From the NCBI GenBank assembly GCA_963795155.1, contig CAWCGY010000038.1, forward strand, positions 1,350-65,349: a DNA stretch of 64,000 bases, written 5' to 3'. Positions 51,321-62,860 of this stretch are shown piece by piece (positions within the stretch are counted from its first letter, which is position 1; every line of letters begins with the position of its first letter). Position numbers and translations under genes: made by a program. Origin of the DNA: an uncultured Actinomycetota bacterium. GTDB lineage: Bacteria > Actinomycetota > Actinomycetes > Propionibacteriales > Nocardioidaceae. The notes beneath the pieces are model-generated. The model saw only the letters and a list, made by a program, of their open reading frames with translations. It ran no database searches and was not told where the DNA came from.

Positions 51321-52414
51321 AGACGACCGTAGCGATCATCAACGAACAGGGCGGTGACTTCAGCTTCGAGGAGGTCGACCTCGACGGGCCGCGGGCCGAC
51401 GAGGTGCTGGTCCGGATCGTGGCGACCGGCCTGTGCCACAGCGACATCACGATGAAGGGGTTCCTCCCGGAGGAGATGTTCCCCAACGTGTTCGGGCACG
51501 AGGGGGCTGGGGTCGTCGAGGAAGTGGGCGCCGACGTGAGTGGCGTCGCGGTGGGTGATCACGTCGTGCTGAGCTTCCGGTCCTGCCGCGCTTGCGAGAA
51601 ATGCGCGGAGGGCCTGGTCGGCTACTGCGACTCGACGCTGATGATCAACTACATGGGCATGCGGATGGACGGCTCCACGACGTACACCCGCGATGGCGCG
51701 CCGGTCCTCGGGTCGTTCTTCGGGCAGTCCAGCTTCTCCCAACACGCCATCGCGTACGCCGACAACGTGATCGTGGTCGACAAGTCCCTCGACCTGACTG
51801 CCGTGGCGCCGTACGGCTGCGGCTTCCAGACCGGCGCCGGCACCGTCCTCAACGTCATCCAGCCCGGCCCCACCGACAGCCTGGTCGTCTACGGCGTCGG
51901 CGCGGTTGGCCTGGCGGCGCTCGCCGCGGCCGCCGGCCTCGACACCGGACCCGTGATCGCCGTCGACCTGGTGCCGAGCCGACTGGAGATCGCGGGCCGA
52001 TTCGGCGCCATCGGCGTCAATCCTGCCGAGCTCGGCGAAGCCACGGTTGTCGACCGGGTCAAGGAGCTCACCGGCGGCGGTGCGACGTACGCCATCGACA
52101 CCACCGCCGTCCCCGCCGTGGTGAAGCAGGCACAGCAGTCACTCGGGGTCCGCGGCACGCTGGTCGTCCTGGGCCTCGGCGCCGAGGAGTACGTCGTCGA
52201 TGCCGTCGACATGCTGCAGAACGGCAAGGTCGTGAAGGGCTGCATCGAGGGCGACTCCGACCCCCAGGAGATGGTGCCTCGACTGCTCGCGCTCAACGCC
52301 GCCGGCAAGTTCGACGTCGACGACCTGACCGCGACCTACCCCTTCACCGAGATCAACACCGCAGTCTCAGACATGCTCGGCGGCAAGGTGGTCAAGCCGG
52401 TCCTCGTCTGGTGA
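51317..52414 (+). CDS. Zn-dependent aryl-alcohol dehydrogenase-like
   Basis: GLCHSD, GHEGAG, CxxCxxC...C, GVGAVG. Confidence 0.9.
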   Translation: MKTTVAIINEQGGDFSFEEVDLDGPRADEVLVRIVATGLCHSDITMKGFLPEEMFPNVFGHEGAGVVEEVGADVSGVAVGDHVVLSFRSCRACEKCAEGLVGYCDSTLMINYMGMRMDGSTTYTRDGAPVLGSFFGQSSFSQHAIAYADNVIVVDKSLDLTAVAPYGCGFQTGAGTVLNVIQPGPTDSLVVYGVGAVGLAALAAAAGLDTGPVIAVDLVPSRLEIAGRFGAIGVNPAELGEATVVDRVKELTGGGATYAIDTTAVPAVVKQAQQSLGVRGTLVVLGLGAEEYVVDAVDMLQNGKVVKGCIEGDSDPQEMVPRLLALNAAGKFDVDDLTATYPFTEINTAVSDMLGGKVVKPVLVW

Positions 52415-52423
52415 CGACGCACG

Positions 52424-53302
52424 TCACCGGATGACCAGGTTGGCCAGGTCGCCCACGGGTTGGTAGCCGAGAGCCTGATAGATCCTGTTGGACGTCGGGT
52501 TGGCCTGATCGGTGAAGAGGCAGACCTGGGCACCGTCGTCGAGCAGCAGCCGGGAGACCGCGGCCACAGCGGCGGAGGCGTAGCCGCGACCGCGCTGCTC
52601 CTTCGGGGTGTACACCGGTCCGACCCGTGCTACGCCGAACGCTGGGGCGTTGGCTGCCGTCAGGTGCACCCGGTGACCGTCGGCGTCCTCCCAGAGCCAC
52701 ACCCGTCCCTGGTCGATCCGAGCCAGCATCATCGGCTCGTCCTGGGGCTCGAGCGGTCCGTGACTGCCGGAGCGACCGGCCTGCTCTGCCGCGTCTTGCT
52801 CGAACGCCTCGAACCAGGCCAGGGCCAGGTCGACGTCATCCGCGACCGCTGGGCGCAGCCGACCGGGGACGGCGACCGGCTCCACCAAGTCACCCAGCAG
52901 GTGCAGGCGGGTGTGCTCAGCGATCGCGCAGGTGCGACCAGAGAGCCGGGCCGTCTCCTCGGCCACGACCTGGGCCGCGGGCAGTGCTCCGTTGACCGCT
53001 CGCACCTCCTCGCCGCGCTCGAACAGCCGCCTGCCGAGGGCGATCGCCGCCTCGTCGGCCATCGGCAGCACGTAGAGCGGGTAGGGCGGAGTCGGGGCGG
53101 TCCGCATACCGACCCCGACCACGCGTCCACGGTCGTGCACCGCGACCCACCACCGCGGACCCGACCCGACCGGCAGCAGACCTCGAGTCGCTCGATCCGT
53201 TACCGAGTTCAACACCGTGTTGAGCACAGGCTCCACGGACAGATACTCGCCGGACGCGTCCAGGAACGCCTGCGGGTCGTCGAAGAACTCCAGATCAGCC
53301 AT
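52424..53302 (-). CDS. GNAT acetyltransferase
   Basis: VYTPKEQRGRGYA, LFTD.ANPTSN.IY. Confidence 0.88.
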   Translation of the reverse strand: MADLEFFDDPQAFLDASGEYLSVEPVLNTVLNSVTDRATRGLLPVGSGPRWWVAVHDRGRVVGVGMRTAPTPPYPLYVLPMADEAAIALGRRLFERGEEVRAVNGALPAAQVVAEETARLSGRTCAIAEHTRLHLLGDLVEPVAVPGRLRPAVADDVDLALAWFEAFEQDAAEQAGRSGSHGPLEPQDEPMMLARIDQGRVWLWEDADGHRVHLTAANAPAFGVARVGPVYTPKEQRGRGYASAAVAAVSRLLLDDGAQVCLFTDQANPTSNRIYQALGYQPVGDLANLVIR

Positions 53303-53376
53303 CGGTGCAGGTTAGCCAACGTCGGCCCAGGTCAGCCGACTATTTATCCGGAAGCGACCACCCCTAGGATTTACCC

Positions 53377-56007
53377 ATGACCGAGACCACTGACGCCCAG
53401 GCACCGGCAACGACGCGGACCGATCCGGGTGCCGTCGTCGTACCGGATCGACCGGCGCTCGAAGGTCTCGAAGAGAAGTGGTCGACACGGTGGAAGGCCG
53501 ACCAGACCTACGCGTTCGATCGGACCCAGCCGCGGGCCAATGTCTTCTCCATCGACACACCCCCGCCCACCGTCAGCGGCAGCCTGCACGTCGGCCACGT
53601 CTTCTCCTACACCCACACCGACCTGGTCGCGCGCTTCCAGCGGATGCGCGGCAAGTCGGTCTTCTACCCCATGGGCTGGGACGACAACGGTTTGCCGACC
53701 GAGCGCCGGGTCCAGAACTACTACGGCGTCCGGTGCGACCCGACCCTGCCTTACGACGCCGACTTCACGCCTCCCGAGAAGCCCGACCCGAAGCGTCAGA
53801 TTCCGATCAGCCGCCCCAACTTCGTCGAGCTCTGCGAGCGGCTGGTCGAGGAGGACGAACAGGTCTTCGAGTCCCTGTGGCGCACGCTCGGGCTCTCCGT
53901 CGACTGGAGCCAGACCTACACGACGATCGGACCCAAGTCGCAGACCATCAGCCAGAAGGCCTTCCTGCGCAACTTCGCTCGGGGGGAGGCCTACCTGCAA
54001 GAGGCACCGACTCTCTGGGACGTCACCTTCCAGACAGCCGTGGCGCAGGCCGAGCTCGAGGCGCGCGACTACGCCGGTCACTACCACCGGGTGGCGTTCC
54101 ACAAACCTGCCAACTCACCCGCGGGGGCTGGCCCCGTCTACATCGAGACCACGCGACCCGAGCTGATCCCCAGCGTGGTCGCCCTGGTCGCCCACCCCGA
54201 CGACGAGCGCTACCAGCCGTTGTTCGGCACCACCGTGAGCAGTCCCGTCTTCGGCGTGGACATCCCGGTACTGCCCCACCCGCTGGCGGAGATCGACAAG
54301 GGTGCCGGCATCGCCATGTCCTGCACGTTCGGCGACCTCACCGACGTCACTTGGTGGCGTGAGCTCAACCTACCCGTCCGCACCCTGATCGGGCGCGACG
54401 GTCGGCTGTCACGCGACACCCCTCTCTGGCTGGCCGACCCGACCGCAGCTGCGGCGTACGAGGACCTCAAGGGCAAAACTGCGTTCTCGGCCCGCGAGGC
54501 GATGGTCGAGAAGCTGCGCGCCTCCGGCGACCTCGACGGTGAGCCGACGCCCACCCAGCGGATGGCCAACTTCTACGAGAAGGGCGACAAGCCGCTCGAG
54601 ATCGTGGCCACCCGACAGTGGTACCTGCGCAACGGCGGCCGCGACGCCTCGTTGCGCGAGGAGATGATCGAGCGTGGCGCGGAGATCGACTGGATGCCGG
54701 GGCACATGCGCCACCGCTACGACAACTGGGTCAACGGCCTCAACGGTGACTGGCTGATCTCGCGCCAACGCTTCTTCGGCGTTCCGTTCCCGGTCTGGTA
54801 TCCCCTCGGCCCCGACGGCGAGCCCGACCACGCCCACCCGCTGATGCCAAGCGAGGCGGAGCTGCCGATCGACCCGTCTACCCAGGCCCCGCAGGGATAC
54901 ACCGAGGAGCAGCGTGGCCAGGCCGGTGGTTTCGTCGGCGATCCTGACGTGATGGACACCTGGGCAACCTCCTCGCTCAGCCCCCACATCGCCGGTGGCT
55001 GGGAGACCGATGACGACCTCTGGCAGCGCGTCTTCCCGATGGACCTGTGCACCCACGCCCACGACATCATCCGGACCTGGCTGTTCTCACGCGTCGTTCG
55101 GGCCCACTTCGAGAACGGGGTCGTGCCCTGGTCACACGCCCTGATCTCCGGATTCATCGTCGACCCGGACCGCAAAAAGATGTCGAAGTCCAAGGGCAAC
55201 GTCGTGGTGCCGACCGAGATCCTCGACAAGTACGGCGCCGACGCCGTCCGCTGGCGTGCGGCGATCGCACGCCCAGGGCTCGACTCCCCCTTCGACGAGT
55301 CCCAGATGAAGGTCGGTCGTCGGCTGGCGATGAAGATCCTCAACGTCTCCAAGTTCGTGCTGGGTGGCGTCGGCGCCACTACGGCCAACCCGGTGGCCAT
55401 CACCGAGCCGATCGACTGCGCTCTCTTTGGTCGGCTCCGTGGCGTGATCGCCAAGTCCACCGACTCCTTCGAGGCCTACGACTACTCGACCGCGCTCGAG
55501 ACCGTCGAGAAGTTCTTCTGGGAGTTCTGCGACGACTACGTCGAGCTGGTCAAGAACCGCGCGTACACCGAGGGCCAGACGGTCGGCGGCGAGTCTGCAC
55601 GCGCCACCCTCGCCCTTGCCCTCGACGTGCAGCTCCGGCTGCTCGCGCCCTTCCTGCCCTACGTGACCGAGGAGGTCTGGGCCTGGTGGCGCGACGACTC
55701 CATCCACCAATCGTCGTGGCCGGAGGTGACCGAGCTCGGATCCGCCGCCGCCGCCGACCCATCGGCCGTCGATGCGGTGGCCGCCGTCCTGATCGGTATC
55801 CGCGGCGCCAAGTCGCAGGCCAAGGTGTCGATGCGGGCTGAGCTCTCCCGGGTGGAGGTCAGTGGCCCGGCAGCGCTCGTCTCCGCGGCCGAGCTCGCGG
55901 CCGACGACCTGCGCGCAGCAGGGAAGATCACCGGCGACCTCGTCTTCACCCCCACCGAGGCGACCGAGCTCTCCGTCACTGCCGAGCTGGCCGCGGTCGA
56001 GAACTGA
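53377..56007 (+). CDS. valS: Valine--tRNA ligase (short actinobacterial type)
   Basis: [21 protein letters not shown]; TAGGAT just upstream of ATG suggests a leaderless transcript. Confidence 0.96.
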   Translation: MTETTDAQAPATTRTDPGAVVVPDRPALEGLEEKWSTRWKADQTYAFDRTQPRANVFSIDTPPPTVSGSLHVGHVFSYTHTDLVARFQRMRGKSVFYPMGWDDNGLPTERRVQNYYGVRCDPTLPYDADFTPPEKPDPKRQIPISRPNFVELCERLVEEDEQVFESLWRTLGLSVDWSQTYTTIGPKSQTISQKAFLRNFARGEAYLQEAPTLWDVTFQTAVAQAELEARDYAGHYHRVAFHKPANSPAGAGPVYIETTRPELIPSVVALVAHPDDERYQPLFGTTVSSPVFGVDIPVLPHPLAEIDKGAGIAMSCTFGDLTDVTWWRELNLPVRTLIGRDGRLSRDTPLWLADPTAAAAYEDLKGKTAFSAREAMVEKLRASGDLDGEPTPTQRMANFYEKGDKPLEIVATRQWYLRNGGRDASLREEMIERGAEIDWMPGHMRHRYDNWVNGLNGDWLISRQRFFGVPFPVWYPLGPDGEPDHAHPLMPSEAELPIDPSTQAPQGYTEEQRGQAGGFVGDPDVMDTWATSSLSPHIAGGWETDDDLWQRVFPMDLCTHAHDIIRTWLFSRVVRAHFENGVVPWSHALISGFIVDPDRKKMSKSKGNVVVPTEILDKYGADAVRWRAAIARPGLDSPFDESQMKVGRRLAMKILNVSKFVLGGVGATTANPVAITEPIDCALFGRLRGVIAKSTDSFEAYDYSTALETVEKFFWEFCDDYVELVKNRAYTEGQTVGGESARATLALALDVQLRLLAPFLPYVTEEVWAWWRDDSIHQSSWPEVTELGSAAAADPSAVDAVAAVLIGIRGAKSQAKVSMRAELSRVEVSGPAALVSAAELAADDLRAAGKITGDLVFTPTEATELSVTAELAAVEN

Positions 56008-56011
56008 CCGC

Positions 56012-56683
56012 TTAGGGGGTGGCTCCCAGATCGCTCGGGTGCGGTTCTCCGGGGCCATCGCCCGGTGGGGACTGGTCGTCCGGCGCGCGGTCTTCGGGGC
56101 CATCGGGTTCCGAGGGTGGCTCAGCTCCGGCTCCGTCGGATTCGGATTCGGATTCGGGCGTCGGCTCTACGGACGGTTGTTCGGTCGGCTCCTCGGTCCG
56201 GTCATCCTGTGTGGGAACGAAGATGGTGAAGGCAACGATGGGCCGCTCGACGCCCGGCACGGCGCTCTGGGGCCAGAGCTCGTCCTCGTAGGACCGCTCG
56301 TCCTCACCGGCTCGGCGACGTGCAACGGCATCGTCACTGGTGGCCGGGGAAGGAAAGTCCGCGCTGCGTCCAACCACCAGCGGTGACGCAGCTCCCGGCC
56401 GATCAGTCGGCCACTCATCGAGGCGGTCGGGCGCGCCAGCGGCGCGCGGCTCCGGGGAGTACGTCGTCGCAGGGCCCTCGGTCGATCCGGCCGCGGGCGC
56501 GATCGGGTCGGGCGTCGGCTCCAGCTCCAGCGCCCGCGGGTCAGCCGAACCGACCTCGGCGGGTGTCAGCGAGCGGGACGGGCGCTCGGATGCTTCACCG
56601 CGGACAGTGTCCGCCAGCACCAGGGCACAGACGATCGCCACGAGGACGAACGCCAACAGCGGCGCCTTCTGATTACGGCTCAC
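56012..56683 (-). CDS. Hypothetical secreted/anchored low-complexity protein
   Basis: N-terminal hydrophobic helix; Pro/Glu/Ser-rich tail. Confidence 0.55.
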   Translation of the reverse strand: MSRNQKAPLLAFVLVAIVCALVLADTVRGEASERPSRSLTPAEVGSADPRALELEPTPDPIAPAAGSTEGPATTYSPEPRAAGAPDRLDEWPTDRPGAASPLVVGRSADFPSPATSDDAVARRRAGEDERSYEDELWPQSAVPGVERPIVAFTIFVPTQDDRTEEPTEQPSVEPTPESESESDGAGAEPPSEPDGPEDRAPDDQSPPGDGPGEPHPSDLGATP

Positions 56684-56837
56684 AGTGACCTACGCCTTCC
56701 TGCCCGGTCAGGAACGAAACAAATCTTGACGAAGACATTCTTCCCGGTCAGCGCTCACCGCACGAGCCGGCAGCCGGAAGATGACTACAAATGACTATTC
56801 GTCGCTAGTTACGCCTCGCGCCCGGCTGGGGCGACGA

Positions 56838-58121
56838 TCAGGCGGACTTCTTCTTCTTCGCCTCGGATTCGCGTTGCACCAGCGTGGGTGCGACGTCGTC
56901 GACCACGACCTCGCGAGTGACGATCACCTTGGCCACATCGGCGCGAGACGGAACGTCGTACATCACGTGGAGAAGGACCTCCTCGATGATCGCACGCAGC
57001 CCACGGGCACCGGTGCCGCGCTCGAGCGCGTTGTCAGCGATGGCCGCAATGGCGTCGTCGGTGAACTCGAGCTCGACGCCGTCCAGCTCGAAGAGCTTCT
57101 GGTACTGCTTCACCAGGGCATTGCGCGGCTCGGTGAGGATCTGGACGAGTGCCTCGCGGTCGAGCTTGGTGACACTGGCGATCAGTGGCAGGCGGCCGAT
57201 GAACTCCGGGATCAGGCCGAACTTGGTGAGGTCTTCGGGGCGCACCTGGCCGAGCAGGTCCTCACCGGCACGCTCCGCCGCGCCGCGCACCTCGGCCGTG
57301 AACCCGAGCGTCTTCTTGCCGACCCGCTGCTCGATGATCTCTTCGAGGCCGGAGAAGGCGCCGCCGACCACGAACAGGATGTTGGTGGTGTCGATCTGGA
57401 TGAATTCCTGATGAGGGTGCTTGCGTCCACCTTGGGGCGGCACCGAAGCAGAGGTGCCCTCGATGATCTTGAGCAGTGCCTGCTGAACTCCCTCGCCGGA
57501 CACATCACGGGTGATCGATGGGTTCTCCGCCTTGCGGGCGACCTTGTCGATCTCGTCGATGTAGATGATGCCGGTCTCGGCCTTCTTGACGTCGTAGTCG
57601 GCCGCTTGGATGAGCTTGAGCAAGATGTTCTCGACGTCCTCACCGACGTAACCGGCCTCGGTGAGGGCGGTGGCATCGGCGATCGCGAACGGCACGTTGA
57701 GCATCCGGGCCAGAGTCTGGGCCAGGTAGGTTTTGCCACAGCCGGTGGGGCCGATCACCAGGATGTTCGACTTGGCGACCTCGACGACCTCTTCTTTGCT
57801 GTGCTTGCCGTTGACCGGTTGCAGCCCGGCCTGCACCCGCTTGTAATGGTTGTAGACCGCCACGGCCAGCGACTTCTTCGCCTGCTCCTGCCCGATGACG
57901 TAGGAGTTCAGGAAGTCGAAGATCTCCTTCGGCTTGGGCAGCTCTTCGAGACTGACCTCGGTGCCCTCGCTGAGCTCTTCCTCGATGATCTCGTTGCACA
58001 GGTCGATGCACTCGTCGCAGATGTAGACGCCGGGGCCGGCGATGAGCTTCTTGACCTGCTTCTGACTCTTTCCGCAGAAGGAGCACTTGAGCAGGTCGCC
58101 TCCGTCACCGATGCGTGCCAC
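56838..58121 (-). CDS. clpX: ClpX ATPase
   Basis: CSFC...CDEC Zn finger, [14 protein letters not shown]. Confidence 0.98.
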   Translation of the reverse strand: MARIGDGGDLLKCSFCGKSQKQVKKLIAGPGVYICDECIDLCNEIIEEELSEGTEVSLEELPKPKEIFDFLNSYVIGQEQAKKSLAVAVYNHYKRVQAGLQPVNGKHSKEEVVEVAKSNILVIGPTGCGKTYLAQTLARMLNVPFAIADATALTEAGYVGEDVENILLKLIQAADYDVKKAETGIIYIDEIDKVARKAENPSITRDVSGEGVQQALLKIIEGTSASVPPQGGRKHPHQEFIQIDTTNILFVVGGAFSGLEEIIEQRVGKKTLGFTAEVRGAAERAGEDLLGQVRPEDLTKFGLIPEFIGRLPLIASVTKLDREALVQILTEPRNALVKQYQKLFELDGVELEFTDDAIAAIADNALERGTGARGLRAIIEEVLLHVMYDVPSRADVAKVIVTREVVVDDVAPTLVQRESEAKKKKSA

Positions 58122-58267
58122 GGGCGGTCATCCTCCTTGGCCAGCGCAAGCTGCTAGTCCGATGTGCTGATCGAGCTGTCGGGGTCGAGCAATCTCCCTG
58201 ACCGTACCCCCTGCCGCCCCCGATGCGGGGACGGACACGGGGTTGCCGTCAGGCGGGGTCAGGAACA

Positions 58268-58879
58268 TCAGCCGGCGAGCGCCGGGGTGCCCTTGAGCGA
58301 CTCCAGCACCGAGTCGATCAGGCCGTACTCGACGGCCCCCTGGGCGGTCAGGATCTTGTCGCGCTCGATGTCGCGGCTGACCTGCTCCAGCGTCCGGTTG
58401 CTGTTGTCGGCGATCATCTGCTCGAGCATCTCGCGCATCCGGATGATCTCGTTGGCCTGGATCTCGATGTCCGAGGTCTGGCCGAAGGTGCCTTCGGTGT
58501 AGGGCTGGTGGATCAGGATCCGGCTGTTGGGTAGCGCCATCCGCTTGCCCGGCGTGCCGGCGGCCAGGAGGATGGCCGCCGCCGAGGCCGCCTGTCCCAG
58601 GCACACGGTCTGGATGTCGGGCTTGATGAAGTGCATCGTGTCGTAGATGGCGGTGAGCGCCGTGATCGAGCCACCTGGCGAGTTGATGTAGATGCTGATG
58701 TCCTGGTCGGGGTTCATCGACTGCAGGCACAGCAGCTGGGCGATCACCGCGTTGGCGACGTCATCGGAGATCGGCGTGCCGAGGTAGATGATCCGCTCTT
58801 CGAAGAGCTTGGCGTAGGGGTCGATCCGGCGGAACCCGTAGGAGGTCCGCTCCTCCCACTGAGGGATGTAGTAGTTCAC
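58268..58879 (-). CDS. clpP2: Clp protease proteolytic subunit 2
   Basis: YINSPGG, QAASAA, LIHQP. Confidence 0.94.
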   Translation of the reverse strand: MNYYIPQWEERTSYGFRRIDPYAKLFEERIIYLGTPISDDVANAVIAQLLCLQSMNPDQDISIYINSPGGSITALTAIYDTMHFIKPDIQTVCLGQAASAAAILLAAGTPGKRMALPNSRILIHQPYTEGTFGQTSDIEIQANEIIRMREMLEQMIADNSNRTLEQVSRDIERDKILTAQGAVEYGLIDSVLESLKGTPALAG

Positions 58880-58881
58880 GA

Positions 58882-59541
58882 TCAGTCCTTGTCTGCAGAG
58901 GAGGAGTTGCGGGCGGGTCGGCCCTCGTCGGCGGCATCCCGCGCGTTCTTGACCACCTGGTCCACCAGGCCGTACTCCATCGCTTGCTCGGCGGTGAACC
59001 AGCGGTCCCGGTCGGCGTCGGCGATGACCTGCTCCACCGGCTGTCCGGTGTGTTCCGAGATCAGCTCGAGCAGCACCTTCTTGATGTGGAGCGACTGCTG
59101 GGCCTGGATCTTGATGTCCGACGCGGAACCACCCATGCCCGACGACGGCTGGTGCATCATGATCCGCGCGTGCGGGAGGGCGTAGCGCTTGCCTTTGGTG
59201 CCGGCGCACAGCAGGAACTGCCCCATCGAGGCCGCCAGACCCATCCCGACTGTCGCCACGTCGTTGGGGATGTAGTTCATCGTGTCGTAGATCGCCATAC
59301 CGGCGTCGACCGATCCCCCGGGCGAGTTGATGTGGAGGAAGATGTCGGCCTCGGGATCCTCGGCCGAGAGCAGGAGCAACTGGGCGCAGATCGCGTTGGC
59401 GTTCTGGTCGCGCACCTCGGAGCCGAGGAAGATGATCCGCTCGCGCAGCAACCGCTGGTAGATGTGGTCGTCGAGGACATTGAGTCCGGAGCCACCCCCG
59501 TTCGACTGGGGAGTGGGCTCGGGCACGTTCGTCTGGGTCAC
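58882..59541 (-). CDS. clpP1: Clp protease proteolytic subunit 1
   Basis: [18 protein letters not shown]; TAGTGT 7 nt before GTG suggests a leaderless transcript. Confidence 0.94.
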   Translation of the reverse strand: MTQTNVPEPTPQSNGGGSGLNVLDDHIYQRLLRERIIFLGSEVRDQNANAICAQLLLLSAEDPEADIFLHINSPGGSVDAGMAIYDTMNYIPNDVATVGMGLAASMGQFLLCAGTKGKRYALPHARIMMHQPSSGMGGSASDIKIQAQQSLHIKKVLLELISEHTGQPVEQVIADADRDRWFTAEQAMEYGLVDQVVKNARDAADEGRPARNSSSADKD

Positions 59542-59592
59542 GTCGCCGACACTAGCCCGAAGGACCGACGTACCCACGGCATATCCCGCCCT

Positions 59593-59606
59593 GTTCGCCG
59601 TCGGCG
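59593..59606. promoter_or_regulatory. ClgR binding site
   Basis: GTTCGC-cgtcg-GCG matches the GTTCGC-N5-GCG motif, upstream of clpP1. Confidence 0.7.
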
Positions 59607-59634
59607 GAATCACGGCCAAGGGCGGGAGATCAGG

Positions 59635-60111
59635 TCAGGAGTTCTCGGCGGCCGCCTTGAGCCTGGCCACGGTCTGGGCCATGCCTGCCTCGAGCTCGTC
59701 CGCGTGCCCCCCGCTGCCGCCGAGCAACGCCCCAGCGAAGACCTTGCTCATCACGGTCAACGAGGACGGGACCGGACGCCGGTGCACCACGTGGGTGGAC
59801 TCACCGGCCGGAGAGATCTCCCAGATCCAGCGGGCGCCGCTCGACTTGGTGTCCCATTCGAGGCTACGACCCGGCTCGAGCACGGCCACGACCGAACGGG
59901 TGGGCCAGATGACCGCCTTGCGCCGGTTGATGCCGAGGTACCACTGGCCCAGCCGCAGGCCGCCCCGCTTGAGCGGCACCATCTTCAGCAGCTCGGGGCT
60001 CCAATCCGGCATCCGGTCGACGTCGGCCAACAGTGCCCAGACCCGGTCAGGGGGTGCATCGACGGTGGCTTCGGCCCGCAGCTCTCGGTCAGGCCCTTTG
60101 TCCGCGCTCAT
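59635..60111 (-). CDS. SRPBCC/START family protein
   Basis: APPDRVWALLAD...WSPE; C-terminal helix RLKAAAE. Confidence 0.88.
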   Translation of the reverse strand: MSADKGPDRELRAEATVDAPPDRVWALLADVDRMPDWSPELLKMVPLKRGGLRLGQWYLGINRRKAVIWPTRSVVAVLEPGRSLEWDTKSSGARWIWEISPAGESTHVVHRRPVPSSLTVMSKVFAGALLGGSGGHADELEAGMAQTVARLKAAAENS

Positions 60112-61292
60112 GCGAGCCATTCTTCCATCGCTCGGTGGATCCTGGGGTGGTTGAGCAGGCCGAAGTGGTCGGTGCGACCCACGTGGAGCACGTCGGCGTC
60201 CGGGAACAGCCGACCACCTCGTCGGTCTCGTCCGTATGCCGACCGCGGGCGGACCAGGTAGTCACCCACCAGGTCTCCTAGAGGGTGGCGGCGGGCCTTG
60301 GTGACCGTGGCACACACCAGGTGGTAGCGAGCATGCGGGAGAGGCGGCACGTCCTCGGCGAGTCCGACCACCAGGTCGTGCACACCGATCGAGCGCCAAT
60401 CCAGGATCCGGCCGAACGCCGCCGTCTCTGGCACAGCGCCGAGGCCCCGGCTGCCGTGCCCGATTCCCCAGGCGATCGGGGCTCCCAGGTGCGGGGTACC
60501 GAGGGTGATCACGTCGCGGACCAACAGGTTCCAGTCGTTGCCCGTCTCAGGAGGCGCGGCCGCCACCGCGCCGGCTGCGCGCATCACCAGTCCGCCCAAA
60601 GAATGTCCGACCAGGGTGATGCGGGTGACCGGCACCGGCCAAGAGTCCACCAACCGCTGCATCAGCGCCGCCAGGGCGACGCCGTTCTCGCGCAGCGGAA
60701 GCCCGGTGTTGGCGCGCAGGTAGATCGGTGTCCATCCGCGCTCGGCCAGGGCCTCGCCGTAGGTCGCCCCGGTGCGAGCGCGGTGCAGGTTCCAATACGC
60801 CTCGTTCTCGCAGAGCCCGTGCATGAAGACCACCAACCGGCCCGTCGCGTCCGGGTACGCCGTCGCGAGCCCGTCGTCGATGTCGACATCGTGACCGTCA
60901 ACCCGCGCCGCCATCGCAATGGCCAGCTGCGGTCGATCACGCAGCAGCCGGTCGCCGATCAGCCCGTTGACCGCGGAGCTGAGAAACCGGCCGCGCGGTC
61001 CGTCCTCCAGGCCGGGTCCGATGCCAGTCGCAGCGAGGCGGTCGAGACCGACCGAAGCGCCTCTCAGGCCGATGCCGAGCCCGGCGTAGATCGCACCGGC
61101 GATCCCCCGGTGCATCAGGTCGGGCAGCGTCGAGCCGCCCCCGGACGCCCGGGACGCGACTCCCTGCGCCCGCGCCGCCCACGCCAGGTGGGTGTCGCGA
61201 ACGCTCCGGACGACCAGCTCGTCAGTGACATCAGAGAGCAGGGAGAGTGCATCGAGCAGGCGCGGGCCTGAAGGTGGAGCTGTCACGACCAT
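60108..61292 (-). CDS. Alpha/beta hydrolase (PGAP1/lipase-like)
   Basis: FMHGL, GHSLGG, LGTPHLG, GDYLV, DHFGLL; start codon uncertain. Confidence 0.85.
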   Translation of the reverse strand: MVVTAPPSGPRLLDALSLLSDVTDELVVRSVRDTHLAWAARAQGVASRASGGGSTLPDLMHRGIAGAIYAGLGIGLRGASVGLDRLAATGIGPGLEDGPRGRFLSSAVNGLIGDRLLRDRPQLAIAMAARVDGHDVDIDDGLATAYPDATGRLVVFMHGLCENEAYWNLHRARTGATYGEALAERGWTPIYLRANTGLPLRENGVALAALMQRLVDSWPVPVTRITLVGHSLGGLVMRAAGAVAAAPPETGNDWNLLVRDVITLGTPHLGAPIAWGIGHGSRGLGAVPETAAFGRILDWRSIGVHDLVVGLAEDVPPLPHARYHLVCATVTKARRHPLGDLVGDYLVRPRSAYGRDRRGGRLFPDADVLHVGRTDHFGLLNHPRIHRAMEEWLA

Positions 61293-61339
61293 GATGGTCA
61301 GGCTACTCATTGAGTGCACGGTCGTGCACTCAATCCGAC

Positions 61340-62719
61340 CTACTGCTGGGGCGTGTCGTCGGAGCCAGTCTCAGGCTCAGCCTGGGGCTCGCCGATCGTG
61401 CCGTCGGGACGCAGATTTTTCAGGTCGAGCACCGCACCGCTCGCGTCCGTGACCACGGCCGACTCCACGATCGTGGCGAGGGCCTTGCCGCGCAGGATCT
61501 CCTGGATCATCTCCGGCACGTGGTTGTGCTCGAACATGTGGTTGGCGAACTCCTGTGGGTCCTGTCCGGACTGCTGGGCACGGCGCACCAGGTGCTCGGA
61601 GAGCTCACTCTGCTCGACGCCGAGCTCCTCCTTCTTGGCGACCTCGTCGAGGATGAACTGGGCGGCCACTGCTTCGCGGACGCGCTTCTCCAGATCGGCC
61701 TCGAACTCGTCCACGGTCTGTCCCTCGTCGTCGAGGTAGGACTCCATGGTGATGCCGGCATAAGCAAGCTGCTGCTCGACGCTCTGGCGGCGGGTGGTGA
61801 GCTCATCGGCGACGATGCCCTCGGGCAGCGGGATCTCGACCTTCTCAAGCAGCACTTCCAGCACGGCGTCGCGAGCCGCGGCCGCCTGCTCGAGTCGCTT
61901 TCCGCGTCCCAGTCGCTCACGCACGTCGGCAGTGAGCTCCTCTACCGTGTCGAACTCCGAGGCTTCCTGCGCGAAGTCATCGTCAAGGTCCGGCAGCTCC
62001 TGCTCCTGCACCTGGCTTACCGAGACCGCGACTTCCACGTCGGACCCCACCAGGTCTCCGCCGACCAGCTGGGTCGCGAACGTCTTCTCCTCGCCGGCGC
62101 TCAGGCCGACCAGGGCTTCGTCGAGGCCCTCGATCATGCCGCCGCGGCCGACGCGGTAGGACATGCCAGCCACCTCGGCGCCGTCGACGACCTCACCGTC
62201 CTGGGTGGCTTTGAGGTCGAGCACGACGAAGTCGCCGTCCTCGACCTTCCGCTCGACGTCGCTCAGGGTCGCGAAACGCTCGCGCAGCGCCTGCAGCTGC
62301 TCCTCGACATCGGCGTCGGTGACCTCGATGTCGGCGACCTCGGCCGTGAGTCCGTCGTAGGCAGGCAGCTCGACCTCGGGCCGGACGTCCACCTCGGCGG
62401 TGAACTCCAGCACCTCGTTGTCCTCGAGCCTGGTGACCTCGATCTCGGGCTGCGCCAGCGGTAGCAGCTCGTTGGCCTCCAGCGCCTCGATGTACTTCTT
62501 CGGGAGCATGTCGTTGATGGCCTCGTCGAGCACCGCACCCCGGCCGACCTGGCGGTCGATGACCGACGGCGGCACCTTCCCGCGGCGGAAGCCGGGGATA
62601 TTGATCTGGGCAGCGATCTTCTTGTAGGCCGCGTCGAGGCTCGGCTTGAGCTCCTCGAAGGGCACCTCGACGGTCAGCTTGGCCCTGGTCGGGCTCAAGG
62701 TCTCGACGGCGCTCTTCAC
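61340..62719 (-). CDS. tig: Trigger factor
   Basis: IPGFRRGKVP ribosome-binding motif. Confidence 0.96.
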   Translation of the reverse strand: MKSAVETLSPTRAKLTVEVPFEELKPSLDAAYKKIAAQINIPGFRRGKVPPSVIDRQVGRGAVLDEAINDMLPKKYIEALEANELLPLAQPEIEVTRLEDNEVLEFTAEVDVRPEVELPAYDGLTAEVADIEVTDADVEEQLQALRERFATLSDVERKVEDGDFVVLDLKATQDGEVVDGAEVAGMSYRVGRGGMIEGLDEALVGLSAGEEKTFATQLVGGDLVGSDVEVAVSVSQVQEQELPDLDDDFAQEASEFDTVEELTADVRERLGRGKRLEQAAAARDAVLEVLLEKVEIPLPEGIVADELTTRRQSVEQQLAYAGITMESYLDDEGQTVDEFEADLEKRVREAVAAQFILDEVAKKEELGVEQSELSEHLVRRAQQSGQDPQEFANHMFEHNHVPEMIQEILRGKALATIVESAVVTDASGAVLDLKNLRPDGTIGEPQAEPETGSDDTPQQ

Positions 62720-62754
62720 AGGTGTTTCTCCTCGTTCAGGTGGGTGAATTTCCG

Positions 62755-62827
62755 TCGGGGCGACAGGACTCGAACCTGCGATCTCCTGCTCCCAAAGCAG
62801 GCGCGCTAGCCACTACGCTACGCCCCG
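62755..62827 (-). tRNA. tRNA-Pro (TGG)
   Basis: CGGGGCG acceptor stem, CCTGC-TT-TGG-GA-GCAGG anticodon arm, GGTTCGAGTCC T-arm; CCA not encoded. Confidence 0.95.
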
Positions 62828-62860
62828 CCAAGCAGCGCTCCGGATGACCGGATTGCCCCT

